Part shown: piece after piece, positions 19,326-27,954 of the stretch
Position numbering within the stretch: position 1 is the stretch's first letter
How the letters are laid out: every line of letters starts with the position of its first letter
From: a virus
Strand: one strand, 5' to 3'
Virus record (IMG/VR): IMGVR_UViG_3300029957_000007
Span: 32,001 to 96,000 of that record
Length of the DNA: 64,000 bases
Notes under the pieces: model-generated
What the model was told of the DNA's origin: nothing
The model's database searches: none
Seen by the model: the letters and a program-made list of their open reading frames with translations, nothing else
Translations under genes and position numbers: made by a program

Positions 19326-19799
19326 ATGAGCATCGCGTCATGGTTTTCAGGTTTGTGGAATGCGATCAAAGGCAATGCTGGCAAGGCTGAGAGCATTGCT
19401 GCTAAGATCGGAGCTGGAGCCGCAGTGGTTGGGCGTGATGCTGCTATCGTCGCTCAGAATCCTGTGACCATCGAGGTCGCCAGTGGCGCACTTACAGCGA
19501 TGGGTCACCCTGAGATGGCGAATGCGCTGAATGCAGTGCAGGCCGCAATGCAGCAGGTCAATGCTGCTCGTCAGACGATCGTCACAACGGATCTGAGCAA
19601 GCCGATGACAGCTCAAAGCGCTGCGGCTTTGGTTGGCAGCGTTGCTGATGCTACCCAAAAGGTCGCAGCTGCCACTCAGGCTGCTGCCGGTGCCGTGGCT
19701 GCTGTTCCTTCCGCCGCTCCTGCTCCGGTTCAACCTGCTGCCCAGCCTGTGGCTCCTGCCGCAGCTCCGGTGGTGGTTCTGCCGTCATCGCAAGGCTGA
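19326..19799 (+). CDS. Ala-rich hypothetical protein with amphipathic N-terminus and Pro/Ala tail
   Basis: Strong RBS aaggag; GC-rich biased codons. Confidence 0.65.
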   Translation: MSIASWFSGLWNAIKGNAGKAESIAAKIGAGAAVVGRDAAIVAQNPVTIEVASGALTAMGHPEMANALNAVQAAMQQVNAARQTIVTTDLSKPMTAQSAAALVGSVADATQKVAAATQAAAGAVAAVPSAAPAPVQPAAQPVAPAAAPVVVLPSSQG

Positions 19800-19871
19800 A
19801 AACACGATGCAGATCTACTAGCGGCGTTGTGATGTGCAACGCCGCTAGATCCATTCGACTTTGGAGCAGAA

Positions 19872-20261
19872 ATGCTACGAAAGAAACAAGAGGATTTGAC
19901 TGAGAAAGAAACGTACTTCGACAACGTAAAACGCTGCATACAACTGATCGATGCTCGAAAGCGTTTGGGCATGCCAGTTGGTGGGACACTACAATCGCTG
20001 GAACGGCTACTCAAGATCAATGTGAATTGCGAGGATGTTCACACAGACGACTACATCTGCGCTGTGATGATCGATGGTTTCTTAGCAGAGGCTGTGAAAC
20101 CAACAGAGGATCCTGAGCTCAGCGATGAGATGCGTCCTGCGACGTACCTTAGCACGAAGGAGCACATCACGTTCTATTCTGAACGGATGCTTCCTGCCAA
20201 CAGCATTGTGATCTTCACTGATCAACGCGTTCTTTACGCTAAGTGGAAGCACCAGCGATGA
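19872..20261 (+). CDS. Hypothetical protein
   Basis: 129 aa, RBS ggag. Confidence 0.55.
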   Translation: MLRKKQEDLTEKETYFDNVKRCIQLIDARKRLGMPVGGTLQSLERLLKINVNCEDVHTDDYICAVMIDGFLAEAVKPTEDPELSDEMRPATYLSTKEHITFYSERMLPANSIVIFTDQRVLYAKWKHQR

Positions 20262-20578
20262 ATGTGATCTCCGTCACCTTCAACTGCGATGTCGACATAT
20301 CATTGCTTCGACAGTTTAAGGAGATCGTGAAGTTCGCAAAGAAAGTAGGCAAGCACTGCTTTGTTGTGAACCTCACAACGCATTTCATTCCTGAGAACTT
20401 CATCACATATGTGAAACAAGAAAACAGGTACTTGAAAGACTACAAAGGCGGCATCAAACTCGTGTCGCAACATGGTAGCATCAGACGACAAATGCGCTAC
20501 CACGACCCAGTCATTTCAGTGCAGGTGTTCGATCACGAACAACAAGCACTTGACCAATTTGCTCTTGAGGCTAGGTAA
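20258..20578 (+). CDS. STAS-domain-like protein (anti-sigma-factor antagonist fold) lacking the phospho-acceptor Ser
   Basis: Pattern VISVTF..DVD-helix-FVVNL..FI-helix-GGIKLV...IRR...VFD.E..AL fits STAS topology. Confidence 0.6.
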   Translation: MNVISVTFNCDVDISLLRQFKEIVKFAKKVGKHCFVVNLTTHFIPENFITYVKQENRYLKDYKGGIKLVSQHGSIRRQMRYHDPVISVQVFDHEQQALDQFALEAR

Positions 20579-21057
20579 TGGCCGGACCTAAGGAACTACA
20601 AGACAGAATGAAGATGATTAAGAACAACGAGCTTCGCACCAAGTTGAATGGCGAAGCTAGAGACAAGATGAATGCGTTGTTTGCAACCATGAACAAGCTC
20701 GACTACGCTGCTTACAAATTGCTACTTGGTCTAGCATTTGTAGACGACGACGTCAAGCAAATGGTGAGAGAGCTTTCGAATCTGAATGAGGACTCGAAAG
20801 AGTGGAGTGACAAGTACTTCCACATCCACTGGTGGGTCAAAGGCGTGATCGATGCTCGACGTGGTGAGATCAACAAAGCTACGAGAGAGAACAATACACG
20901 AGAGCTTGCCACATTCACAACTACGATCTTGGACGACGCTTGTGTGAGCCTCATGATCTCAACACATGTGAACGTCTTGAAGATCTACATCGCTACAGAG
21001 GATGCCATCAAAGCTGCGGAGGCTGTGAGCCATGAAACTGACCAGCCTGCTCAGTAG
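20578..21057 (+). CDS. Hypothetical helical protein
   Basis: Overlapping start/stop. Confidence 0.6.
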   Translation: MAGPKELQDRMKMIKNNELRTKLNGEARDKMNALFATMNKLDYAAYKLLLGLAFVDDDVKQMVRELSNLNEDSKEWSDKYFHIHWWVKGVIDARRGEINKATRENNTRELATFTTTILDDACVSLMISTHVNVLKIYIATEDAIKAAEAVSHETDQPAQ

Positions 21058-21535
21058 CCAAAGCATTGTCGACAAGCTTCGTGCTGAAGAACTTGAACGC
21101 GTTGAGTCCATTCGACGTAAAGCTGAAAAGGACTCACGTGTAAAGCACTGGTACGACAAGCTGTTGCTTCGATGGTACATCACACTGGTCAAACTGTTGT
21201 GGTGGACACAGAAGGCACTTCAACGTGCAGTCAATCACCGCAACAAGTACAGCGAGACATGGATCACACACGAGTCAACACGCATCTTCGCTGAGATGCT
21301 GCAAGGCGATCAGTTAGACGTGCTGAAGGAGCTCAACATCCTTCGAGCATGGAAGATCGACGACTCGAAGCTGATGATCACATTCGGCAAGATCGAAAGA
21401 GATGAAGAGAAATACGTATTCCCTGACGAGGGCATGTTCATTGTCGTTGAAGCTGTGAACGACCATGACGCTACATTCCTGAAAATTGGAATGGACACGT
21501 GGGAGAAGGAAAATGATTCAGCAAGAAGAAATTAA
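21032..21535 (+). CDS. Hypothetical protein
   Basis: 167-aa ORF in operon. Confidence 0.55.
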   Translation: MKLTSLLSSQSIVDKLRAEELERVESIRRKAEKDSRVKHWYDKLLLRWYITLVKLLWWTQKALQRAVNHRNKYSETWITHESTRIFAEMLQGDQLDVLKELNILRAWKIDDSKLMITFGKIERDEEKYVFPDEGMFIVVEAVNDHDATFLKIGMDTWEKENDSARRN

Positions 21536-21797
21536 GCAAGATGTGCTGAATGCTTTACAGCTTCTGAAACCTGAGAGAGAAGAGCAGTTTGATACGACTT
21601 GGGAGATCTTCACCAAGAAGTATTCGCTTCACTCAGTTGAAGCAAGTGGGAACGGGATTGGTCAACACGTTCTTGCTGATCTGCTGCGACCAATTGCACA
21701 GGGTCATCACGAAAGGCACATTCACATTTTCTACAAGCATTTGGTGACAGTGAATGGCGGCATCGTTGAAGTGGACTTCTTGTTCAAGTGGTTCTAA
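21513..21797 (+). CDS. Hypothetical protein
   Basis: ATG after aagga. Confidence 0.5.
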   Translation: MIQQEEIKQDVLNALQLLKPEREEQFDTTWEIFTKKYSLHSVEASGNGIGQHVLADLLRPIAQGHHERHIHIFYKHLVTVNGGIVEVDFLFKWF

Positions 21798-21800
21798 AGA

Positions 21801-21966
21801 CTTGCGGTTGCAGTTGGTGCAAGAGCCAAAGGGCCCAGGACTTGAGCATCGGCCCCCTCGTTCCTTTGCTCAAGTATGACCACCCTAATGCGAATGGGAA
21901 ATCGCATCGTAGGCTGAGCGAGTTTGGAGTCATGCCTCCAATGTAGCAATCCTACACAACCGCAAG
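21801..21966 (+). ncRNA. Candidate structured non-coding RNA or cis-regulatory element (no family recognised)
   Basis: 10-bp closing stem, four internal stems (9, 6, 6 and 5 bp) and two possible pseudoknots in a 190-nt intergenic gap. Confidence 0.6.
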
Positions 21967-21987
21967 GTTTCTTTGACGGAGAGATCC

Positions 21988-22467
21988 ATGCTGAAGAAAG
22001 TTGACACGCTACTCAAGCAGTGCAAGGGTAAGACGACTGTGCATAAGTTTGAGAATCTACTCACGAAACTCGATGGTCTATGCAGAATGGACTTCGACTT
22101 CTTGATGAGAGGCAACCTCATTCCTTACCGAGTCACATTCGCAAATGGTGTGAGTAAAGAGGAGTGGGATGCGACACCAGATAAAAGTAAGGTAGTGACG
22201 ATCGAACATCAGGATCCTGACCAACTCGGCAAGTTGTTCTTCGCAGCAGTGATGGACACACGTCGTCCTCATGATACCACACTGACATTCGTTGATTACT
22301 ACTCGAAAACGATTTCAGTGCGAGTTAAGGGCGATGACTATCACAATCCGATTTTTGTGGCAGAAGGAAGGATCCTCTGGAATGGGGCTCTCGAAGATCA
22401 TCTTCGTGAACAAGAACACGAGGCGATCAAGGAGAAAAACAAAGAGAAGTGGAGAAAGTCACTATGA
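21988..22467 (+). CDS. Hypothetical protein
   Basis: ATG after ggagag. Confidence 0.6.
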   Translation: MLKKVDTLLKQCKGKTTVHKFENLLTKLDGLCRMDFDFLMRGNLIPYRVTFANGVSKEEWDATPDKSKVVTIEHQDPDQLGKLFFAAVMDTRRPHDTTLTFVDYYSKTISVRVKGDDYHNPIFVAEGRILWNGALEDHLREQEHEAIKEKNKEKWRKSL

Positions 22468-22772
22468 GCGACGCCAACAACGTGGTGGAGGGAAAGGCTG
22501 CGGACCACGATGAGCATGTGAAGTTCTTCTCCAAGTTCATCTTTCGCAGATTGAAGCAAGCAAATCAACCGCAGATCTTGACAATAGATCAAGCGAAGCA
22601 GGTTGAAAAGGATGAAGTGTTAGTTCGCAAGTTCCTTAACAGACTCGTGGAATATGATGTGGTCCATCGAGCCGGATGGTTGGGGAACATCGAAGCCTAT
22701 GCAATAAAGGAAGAAGCTTACAAAGGTGAGCTCACACTTGACGAGATCAAAAAGATCCTAAGCATCATCTGA
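22464..22772 (+). CDS. Possible winged-helix DNA-binding protein
   Basis: LVRKFLNRLVEYDVVHR helix-wing pattern. Confidence 0.4.
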   Translation: MSDANNVVEGKAADHDEHVKFFSKFIFRRLKQANQPQILTIDQAKQVEKDEVLVRKFLNRLVEYDVVHRAGWLGNIEAYAIKEEAYKGELTLDEIKKILSII

Positions 22773-22783
22773 CAGAGGTCGAC

Positions 22784-23152
22784 ATGCAATTGCCTGAAGT
22801 AGCGCCTCCATCTGCTCTACAAACAGAGAAACTAGAGGTTGGCTTCAAATTCATTCGCTGTTTTGCCGAAGTACTCAAGCACCAGAAAGTTCCTTATCGT
22901 CCTGTGAACGAACTGACAGACGAGTTCGTGAAGATCGAAATAGCAAATGTGACTCGCGACAACGCTGAGATGCAAGCTGGTCGTGCAGCAGCGTTTGTCA
23001 TGAACAAGAAAGAAGGCGCTCAAAACGTCTTTGAGTTCAGTCGCATGGCTGTTGCTACAGAGGAAAGCCGCGACCATCAGTTCACACTCAACTTCTATGG
23101 TAGATGGAAGGTTGAAGAACTGAAGGAGATCGGTGATGAAGTTCAAAACTAA
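22784..23152 (+). CDS. Hypothetical protein
   Basis: gagg RBS. Confidence 0.6.
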   Translation: MQLPEVAPPSALQTEKLEVGFKFIRCFAEVLKHQKVPYRPVNELTDEFVKIEIANVTRDNAEMQAGRAAAFVMNKKEGAQNVFEFSRMAVATEESRDHQFTLNFYGRWKVEELKEIGDEVQN

Positions 23153-23369
23153 GGAAGACATTCACTTTGGCGACATTCGAATCCCAAAAGACACGACACT
23201 GGTCCTTGTGGAAAAGAAAAACAAGGTTGGTTACCACACACCACCCAATATCGTGTATGGGCAACGCCCAGAAAGATACAGCTTTGAGATGTTCTATTGC
23301 ATCTTAGAGGGAACAGGTATCCCAATTCAATTCGGTTTTAGAGAGCATCAGATAGAGGTGATGTCGTGA
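23133..23369 (+). CDS. Small hypothetical protein
   Basis: Packed ORF. Confidence 0.5.
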   Translation: MMKFKTKEDIHFGDIRIPKDTTLVLVEKKNKVGYHTPPNIVYGQRPERYSFEMFYCILEGTGIPIQFGFREHQIEVMS

Positions 23370-23839
23370 CGGAGCCTCGAAAACTTACAGAGAAGTTCAT
23401 GGATGAACATGACTTTCTCATGCTTGTACCAGAGTTCCTTGTTCGTGGCACTGGCAAAGATCCAGACACACTCATCATGGAATTGGCGAACAAGGACCTT
23501 CACTCATTTGAGATCTTCGCAAATGCGGACGACATCAAGTGGGGTTTGAAGAGAGGCGACATCAAGTACTACAAGCCTTACATTCTGCCGATTCAAGAGA
23601 ATCCTCTACGCTATGAAGCATTGAAGCGTTATGTAGAGGAAACAGTTACCCAAGCGAGTGCAAGTAAGAAGATGGATTTCAATGCTGATAACTTTTCATT
23701 CCAGTTCGATGAGCCAACCATTTCAGATGTTCAAATGGTTGGAATACCGAACATCAAGTACTTCCGAATCGTGAGGCTCTTGAAAGAGGGAGAGCCCATG
23801 AAGCAAGAAGTACCTGATCCTTCATTTTTCTGCAAGTAA
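23366..23839 (+). CDS. Hypothetical protein
   Basis: GTGA overlap, gaggtg RBS. Confidence 0.6.
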   Translation: MTEPRKLTEKFMDEHDFLMLVPEFLVRGTGKDPDTLIMELANKDLHSFEIFANADDIKWGLKRGDIKYYKPYILPIQENPLRYEALKRYVEETVTQASASKKMDFNADNFSFQFDEPTISDVQMVGIPNIKYFRIVRLLKEGEPMKQEVPDPSFFCK

Positions 23840-23962
23840 CTATCGCAGAAGAACAACGTTGACTTGGGCGAAGAGAAGCCGCTGAAGGTGTCCGTAGGAG
23901 ATGCATGAGAGAATCACTCATGCAGATCAACGTTGAAATTGAAAAGAGAGGAGGTGAGACGA

Positions 23963-24187
23963 ATGGTTAAGATTGGTGATCACGTAGTGTACATCGATCC
24001 TACTCGAATCGAGCGACAAGCATTGGTGACTGCAGTGTTCAGTCAAGACTGCATCAACATCATGTTTGCATCTGCTGATGAGAACAAGCAGGATTCGTAC
24101 GGACGGCAACTTGAACGTGCAACATCGCTGCCACGTGAAGGCGCTTGGAACAATGGCGCTGGTAATTGCTGGAGAGAAGTGCAGTAA
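23963..24187 (+). CDS. Small SH3-like phage protein
   Basis: KIGDHVVYID...ALVTAV...D.YGRQ pattern; ggaggtg RBS. Confidence 0.6.
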   Translation: MVKIGDHVVYIDPTRIERQALVTAVFSQDCINIMFASADENKQDSYGRQLERATSLPREGAWNNGAGNCWREVQ

Positions 24188-24249
24188 CGACTCAACGCCG
24201 GTCTTGGAACCGATGAGGAACCTACAATGGACCGGTAATCAATGGGCAT

Positions 24250-24324
24250 CGGGATGTAGCGGAGTGGTACCGCACCTGCTTTGGGAGCAGGGGATCGTGA
24301 GTTCGAACCTCACCATCCCGACCA
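24250..24324 (+). tRNA. tRNA-Pro(UGG)
   Basis: Acceptor stem CGGGATG/CATCCCG plus ACCA; anticodon arm CCTGC-TT-TGG-GA-GCAGG; T-loop GTTCGAA. Confidence 0.95.
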
Positions 24325-24340
24325 ATCGACGGAGAAAGCT

Positions 24341-24655
24341 ATGCAGTGTCCTATCTGCACGAAAGAGATGAAGCACATCGAGACACAGAAACTGGTCGAA
24401 CGAACACGTGAGATCTTTGGACGTGAATCGGAGTCGAGAGAAGAGAAACATTTCTGCACTGACTGCGGTGTAGGTGTTACCGCTCTACTGACCATATCAC
24501 GGCCATTGCTGAATGCTGCTCGAACCCCACAGGTGGTTCCTCAGGACGGCCACCGGTCGAAGACGATTGATCCATTACCACATCAAGAGACACACGCCGT
24601 AGGCCAAAGGCGGCTTGGTCAACCAAAGGATCCTACTGATCCAATGCGGACGTAA
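24341..24655 (+). CDS. Zinc-ribbon hypothetical protein
   Basis: CPIC...CTDC; ggag RBS. Confidence 0.55.
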   Translation: MQCPICTKEMKHIETQKLVERTREIFGRESESREEKHFCTDCGVGVTALLTISRPLLNAARTPQVVPQDGHRSKTIDPLPHQETHAVGQRRLGQPKDPTDPMRT

Positions 24656-24659
24656 AAAG

Positions 24660-24689
24660 AAACTGCTCTCCCTTTCGGGAGAGCAGTTT
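24660..24689. terminator. Intrinsic, probably bidirectional terminator between convergent genes
   Basis: aaactgctctccc-tttc-gggagagcagttt, 13-bp stem; A-tract on the left gives a U-tract on the - strand. Confidence 0.85.
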
Positions 24690-24715
24690 AACAGGGAGGA
24701 AGTCGTTGTGGTGGG

Positions 24716-24988
24716 CTAGATCTTCACGGCCTTCGCAGCCTGCTCGAAGGAGGCCTTGATGGCGTTGAGCGCCTTCACAGCGTCCTTGTCGTCCTTGACC
24801 TTGGCGATCTCCTTGTCGATCTTCGCAGCGTTCTTCGCCAGCCGCTTGCTCAGCCGATCGCTGATGCCGTTGAACCAGGCAACTCGGCCCTGACCGAAGG
24901 ACTTGCGCTCCTTCTTCGGAGCCTTGACCTTCTTCTCGGCCTTGGAAGCGGTGGCCTTCTTAGCGGTCTTCTTGTCGGCGTTCTTCAT
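24716..24988 (-). CDS. Small Lys/Ala-rich basic protein (histone H1-like composition), putative DNA-binding
   Basis: MKNADKKTAKKATASKAEKK; gagg RBS; strongly biased codons; its own terminator. Confidence 0.75.
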   Translation of the reverse strand: MKNADKKTAKKATASKAEKKVKAPKKERKSFGQGRVAWFNGISDRLSKRLAKNAAKIDKEIAKVKDDKDAVKALNAIKASFEQAAKAVKI

Positions 24989-25160
24989 GGTGAACCTCGT
25001 GAATGAGTGAGCCATTGTGGCTCTGAGCGAACTGGCTGATCCAGTAGGCTCACTGCCAGTTTACTACAATGCGGTAAACGTGTATACAGAAAAGTGCGGT
25101 AAACCTCAACAAGGAAAACGTATAGCTTGTAATGGCTTTCCAGCACAAGCAGAAATAAGT

Positions 25161-25247
25161 GGAAGGGTGGCTGAGTGGTTGAAAGCACCTGACTTGAAAT
25201 CAGGCGATCCAGCAATGGATCCGTGAGTTCGAATCTCACCTCTTCCT
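25161..25247 (+). tRNA. tRNA-Ser(UGA)
   Basis: Acceptor GGAAGGG/CTCTTCC; anticodon arm CCTGA-CT-TGA-AA-TCAGG; long variable arm; GTTCGAA; no encoded CCA. Confidence 0.9.
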
Positions 25248-25272
25248 AAGATGCAGAAAACTGGAGGCCGAC

Positions 25273-25644
25273 ATGAGCTACATCATGGTTGAGCCCGGAC
25301 ACGTTGGATACGAGTTGATGGTGGTCAAAGCGATCTACTACTCAAACTACGGTATCTTGAGAATCGATGGCCACTTCATCAACCGCATTCGTACACCACA
25401 ACGAGTGCTTGACATGATGAAGAAGAAGCGGATCAATCGCATTGGTCTCTTCTCACATGACGTGCTGGAGCTCGGTAAACTGAACAAGATCAAGAACAAA
25501 CCAGCGACCATGAATCAGTGGTTCAAAGATGTTTCGTCGGCCGAACGTTTCTTGAGACGCTGCAACATCACTGTGCCCATTGAGCAGCGTATCATCGAGG
25601 TGAAGGATGAAGAAGCCAGAAAAGCAAGAGAGATCAAATGGTGA
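25273..25644 (+). CDS. Hypothetical basic protein
   Basis: ggagg RBS. Confidence 0.6.
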   Translation: MSYIMVEPGHVGYELMVVKAIYYSNYGILRIDGHFINRIRTPQRVLDMMKKKRINRIGLFSHDVLELGKLNKIKNKPATMNQWFKDVSSAERFLRRCNITVPIEQRIIEVKDEEARKAREIKW

Positions 25645-25650
25645 TGAGAC

Positions 25651-25866
25651 ATGATCACAGCCGCTGACGTGATGAACGCTGTCGATGCTGAGACGCTAAG
25701 CGCTGGCAAAGTACATGCTATCCCGTTTCAGAAGATCGTTGACCGCTGTGAAGTGATGAAAGACTCAGCCGACTTCGTGTTGCTTGGAAATATCCTCGAC
25801 GTCTTGTGCAGCACCAAAAAGCTGAAGCGGATCAATGGTAATCCGCCGATGTACATCAAGATCTAG
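25651..25866 (+). CDS. Small protein, possible winged helix
   Basis: LGNILDVLCSTKKLKRINGNPPMY. Confidence 0.45.
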   Translation: MITAADVMNAVDAETLSAGKVHAIPFQKIVDRCEVMKDSADFVLLGNILDVLCSTKKLKRINGNPPMYIKI

Positions 25867-26017
25867 CGGAGGAGAACCACCATGTCTCTTGAAGAAGGCA
25901 AGGAGACCTTGGATTCAACGCTTGTTCAAGCGTTCCAAGGGATCTCAAGCTTTTCAGAAGAACTGGCGAAGTTTAAAGCTCAAGCATTGAGCCTCGCCTT
26001 ACCCATTGGAGAACGAC

Positions 26018-26413
26018 ATGAGAACCAAGCTTTGCATCGCCCTGCTCTTTAGCACAGCATTGATCGGATGTGCTTCTGCCATGAAAGAAGGCAAGAAGCT
26101 GCCTGGTCAGTATGTCGCTTCTGAGAGCGATCTGAAGAAGGAACTCACTGCCAAACCTGTGTTGAGTGAGTCAAACACTTTTGTTGCTCAACCGGTTTAT
26201 ACCGTGGTCAAAGGTGACTGTTTGTGGAGAGTATCGGAAAAGGTGTACGGTGACCCTTTCCTATGGCCTTCACTCGCAATGAATATCTCAAGCGCTGACT
26301 GCATAGTTGCTGGTCAGCAGTTGTTCTACCTCAAAAGCCTTGGTACTGAGACGCAGCACTTTGTGCAAGAGGCGAAAGATCGGAAGCCATACACTTCCAA
26401 ACCATGTAAATAG
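26018..26413 (+). CDS. LysM-domain lipoprotein
   Basis: Lipobox ALIG-C; [32 protein letters not shown] is a LysM pattern. Confidence 0.8.
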   Translation: MRTKLCIALLFSTALIGCASAMKEGKKLPGQYVASESDLKKELTAKPVLSESNTFVAQPVYTVVKGDCLWRVSEKVYGDPFLWPSLAMNISSADCIVAGQQLFYLKSLGTETQHFVQEAKDRKPYTSKPCK

Positions 26414-26424
26414 GAGGCACGGCA

Positions 26425-27774
26425 ATGCGCTTGCTCTTAGCACTTCTGCTCTCGCTATTCATTGGAGCTTCAGCGCATGCTGATACTCCTACTTCGACGA
26501 ACAGCCCATCACCAACGATCACACCAACTTCAACGATCACACCGTCACCTACGCCAGGTGCCATCGTTGCGTTCTATGCCGGAGACGTCGGTTGCCAGTT
26601 GTGCAACACGATTGGTTCAACGGCTTTGGTGCTGACGACATCCAACGGTGCCGTCCCACCAACAACCAGTCCCGCTGCACCAATTGGTTCTCAGAACTTG
26701 GGCACGAACTTCGCTGCATTGAACAGCTACTTCGTTGCACCAGCGGCTGTGATCACACAGAATGGCAGCATTGCGTTGTACTACTACGCTTATGCTCAAG
26801 TGCTACAGCCTTCTGTTGAAACGGTGTTGGAGGTTCGAGGCGTTTCAGTTGGCAACAACCTGACACTGGTCTACAACTACAGTCAGAAGAACATGCGGAT
26901 CTATTACAACGGCAAGCCAGGCGGTGCTGCTGTTTACATCGATTCGCCGTTGTTGAATACGTCTACTTGGAACATCGTGCAGATCAATCACAACGAGAAC
27001 GGCGTTGGGATCAGCATCAACGGAAGCCTCTACGCTACCAACTCAACAGTTTGGCAAACTGGAACTGTGAGCCAAGTGAACATCGGTGGTTCAGCTTCCT
27101 ACTTCCCGATGACGTCAACCAACATCATCGACTCAGTGTTGTTCAGCAATGAGATCAATGAGGGTTACCCACCTACCCTTGCGACTCCGACGAACACACC
27201 AACAATCACAAAGACAAGTACACCAACAGCTACGAACACGTTCACGTTCAGCCCAACAACTACACCAACACCTACGATCAGCAATACGTTCACGATCTCA
27301 CCGACGTTCTCTGCGACTTTGACGATCAGTCAAACGATCACGCCAACCAACACACCAACTGCGACACCGACGATCAGTCAGACAGCAACACCAACAGCGA
27401 CGCCTTCTTCAACGCCAACAGCTACACCAACACAGATTCCGAGCTACAGCAGCCTTTCGCTTGTGCAGGAATCTGCGATCTTGAACTTCCCAGGGACTGG
27501 GACGCAGTACAAGACGCACTTCTCACGTAACATCGTTCAAGTGATCAACGTGTACTTCAGAGATACGACGGTGGCTGGCTATCCGAACATTGGTTCGGAC
27601 TTGACAGTGGCTGGTCCAGTTGACTCGGTGGATGCATTCACCTACTCAACTCCACATCAAGTCGTGTCATGGGATACCAACAAAAACATGATCTTCAGTT
27701 CGAGCGGTGGAAGCGTGATGAACTCATCACACACGTACATCGTCACATTGCAGTACTTGACTGATAACCGCTAG
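26425..27774 (+). CDS. Secreted protein: Thr/Pro linker, LamG/concanavalin-like domain, Thr/Pro linker, C-terminal beta domain
   Basis: Signal peptide [19 protein letters not shown]; WNIVQINH...ISING...IDSVLFS LamG-like pattern; TPT repeats. Confidence 0.65.
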   Translation: MRLLLALLLSLFIGASAHADTPTSTNSPSPTITPTSTITPSPTPGAIVAFYAGDVGCQLCNTIGSTALVLTTSNGAVPPTTSPAAPIGSQNLGTNFAALNSYFVAPAAVITQNGSIALYYYAYAQVLQPSVETVLEVRGVSVGNNLTLVYNYSQKNMRIYYNGKPGGAAVYIDSPLLNTSTWNIVQINHNENGVGISINGSLYATNSTVWQTGTVSQVNIGGSASYFPMTSTNIIDSVLFSNEINEGYPPTLATPTNTPTITKTSTPTATNTFTFSPTTTPTPTISNTFTISPTFSATLTISQTITPTNTPTATPTISQTATPTATPSSTPTATPTQIPSYSSLSLVQESAILNFPGTGTQYKTHFSRNIVQVINVYFRDTTVAGYPNIGSDLTVAGPVDSVDAFTYSTPHQVVSWDTNKNMIFSSSGGSVMNSSHTYIVTLQYLTDNR

Positions 27775-27783
27775 GAGGCTGAC

Positions 27784-27954
27784 ATGACACTCGTTCGCTA
27801 TGGCGTCAACAAAAGCGTGAAGAAGCCTGATCTTGCGTCAGATCTTCCTAGCACTGCTAAGAAGCACGTTGCTGAGGTCAAGCAAGCTGAACTGAAAGGA
27901 GATAAGCATGGCAAAGCCGCTGAACGACCTGCTGGCGAGCTTCGCAGAGGCTGA
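27784..27954 (+). CDS. Small basic hypothetical protein (56 aa)
   Basis: aggagg RBS plus ATG at 27784; read manually. Confidence 0.45.
   Translation: MTLVRYGVNKSVKKPDLASDLPSTAKKHVAEVKQAELKGDKHGKAAERPAGELRRG

Noticed and set aside
21831-21880. Resemblance of the candidate ncRNA to glmS, HDV-like or hammerhead ribozymes
   Set aside because: Only a GGACUU...AAGU..GAC-like P1 similarity to glmS; catalytic core consensus of each class is not met (for example CUGAGCGA is not CUGAnGA)
24195-24240. tRNA-like anticodon fragment ccggtcttggaaccg upstream of tRNA-Pro
   Set aside because: No acceptor stem or T-loop; anticodon-loop geometry is wrong
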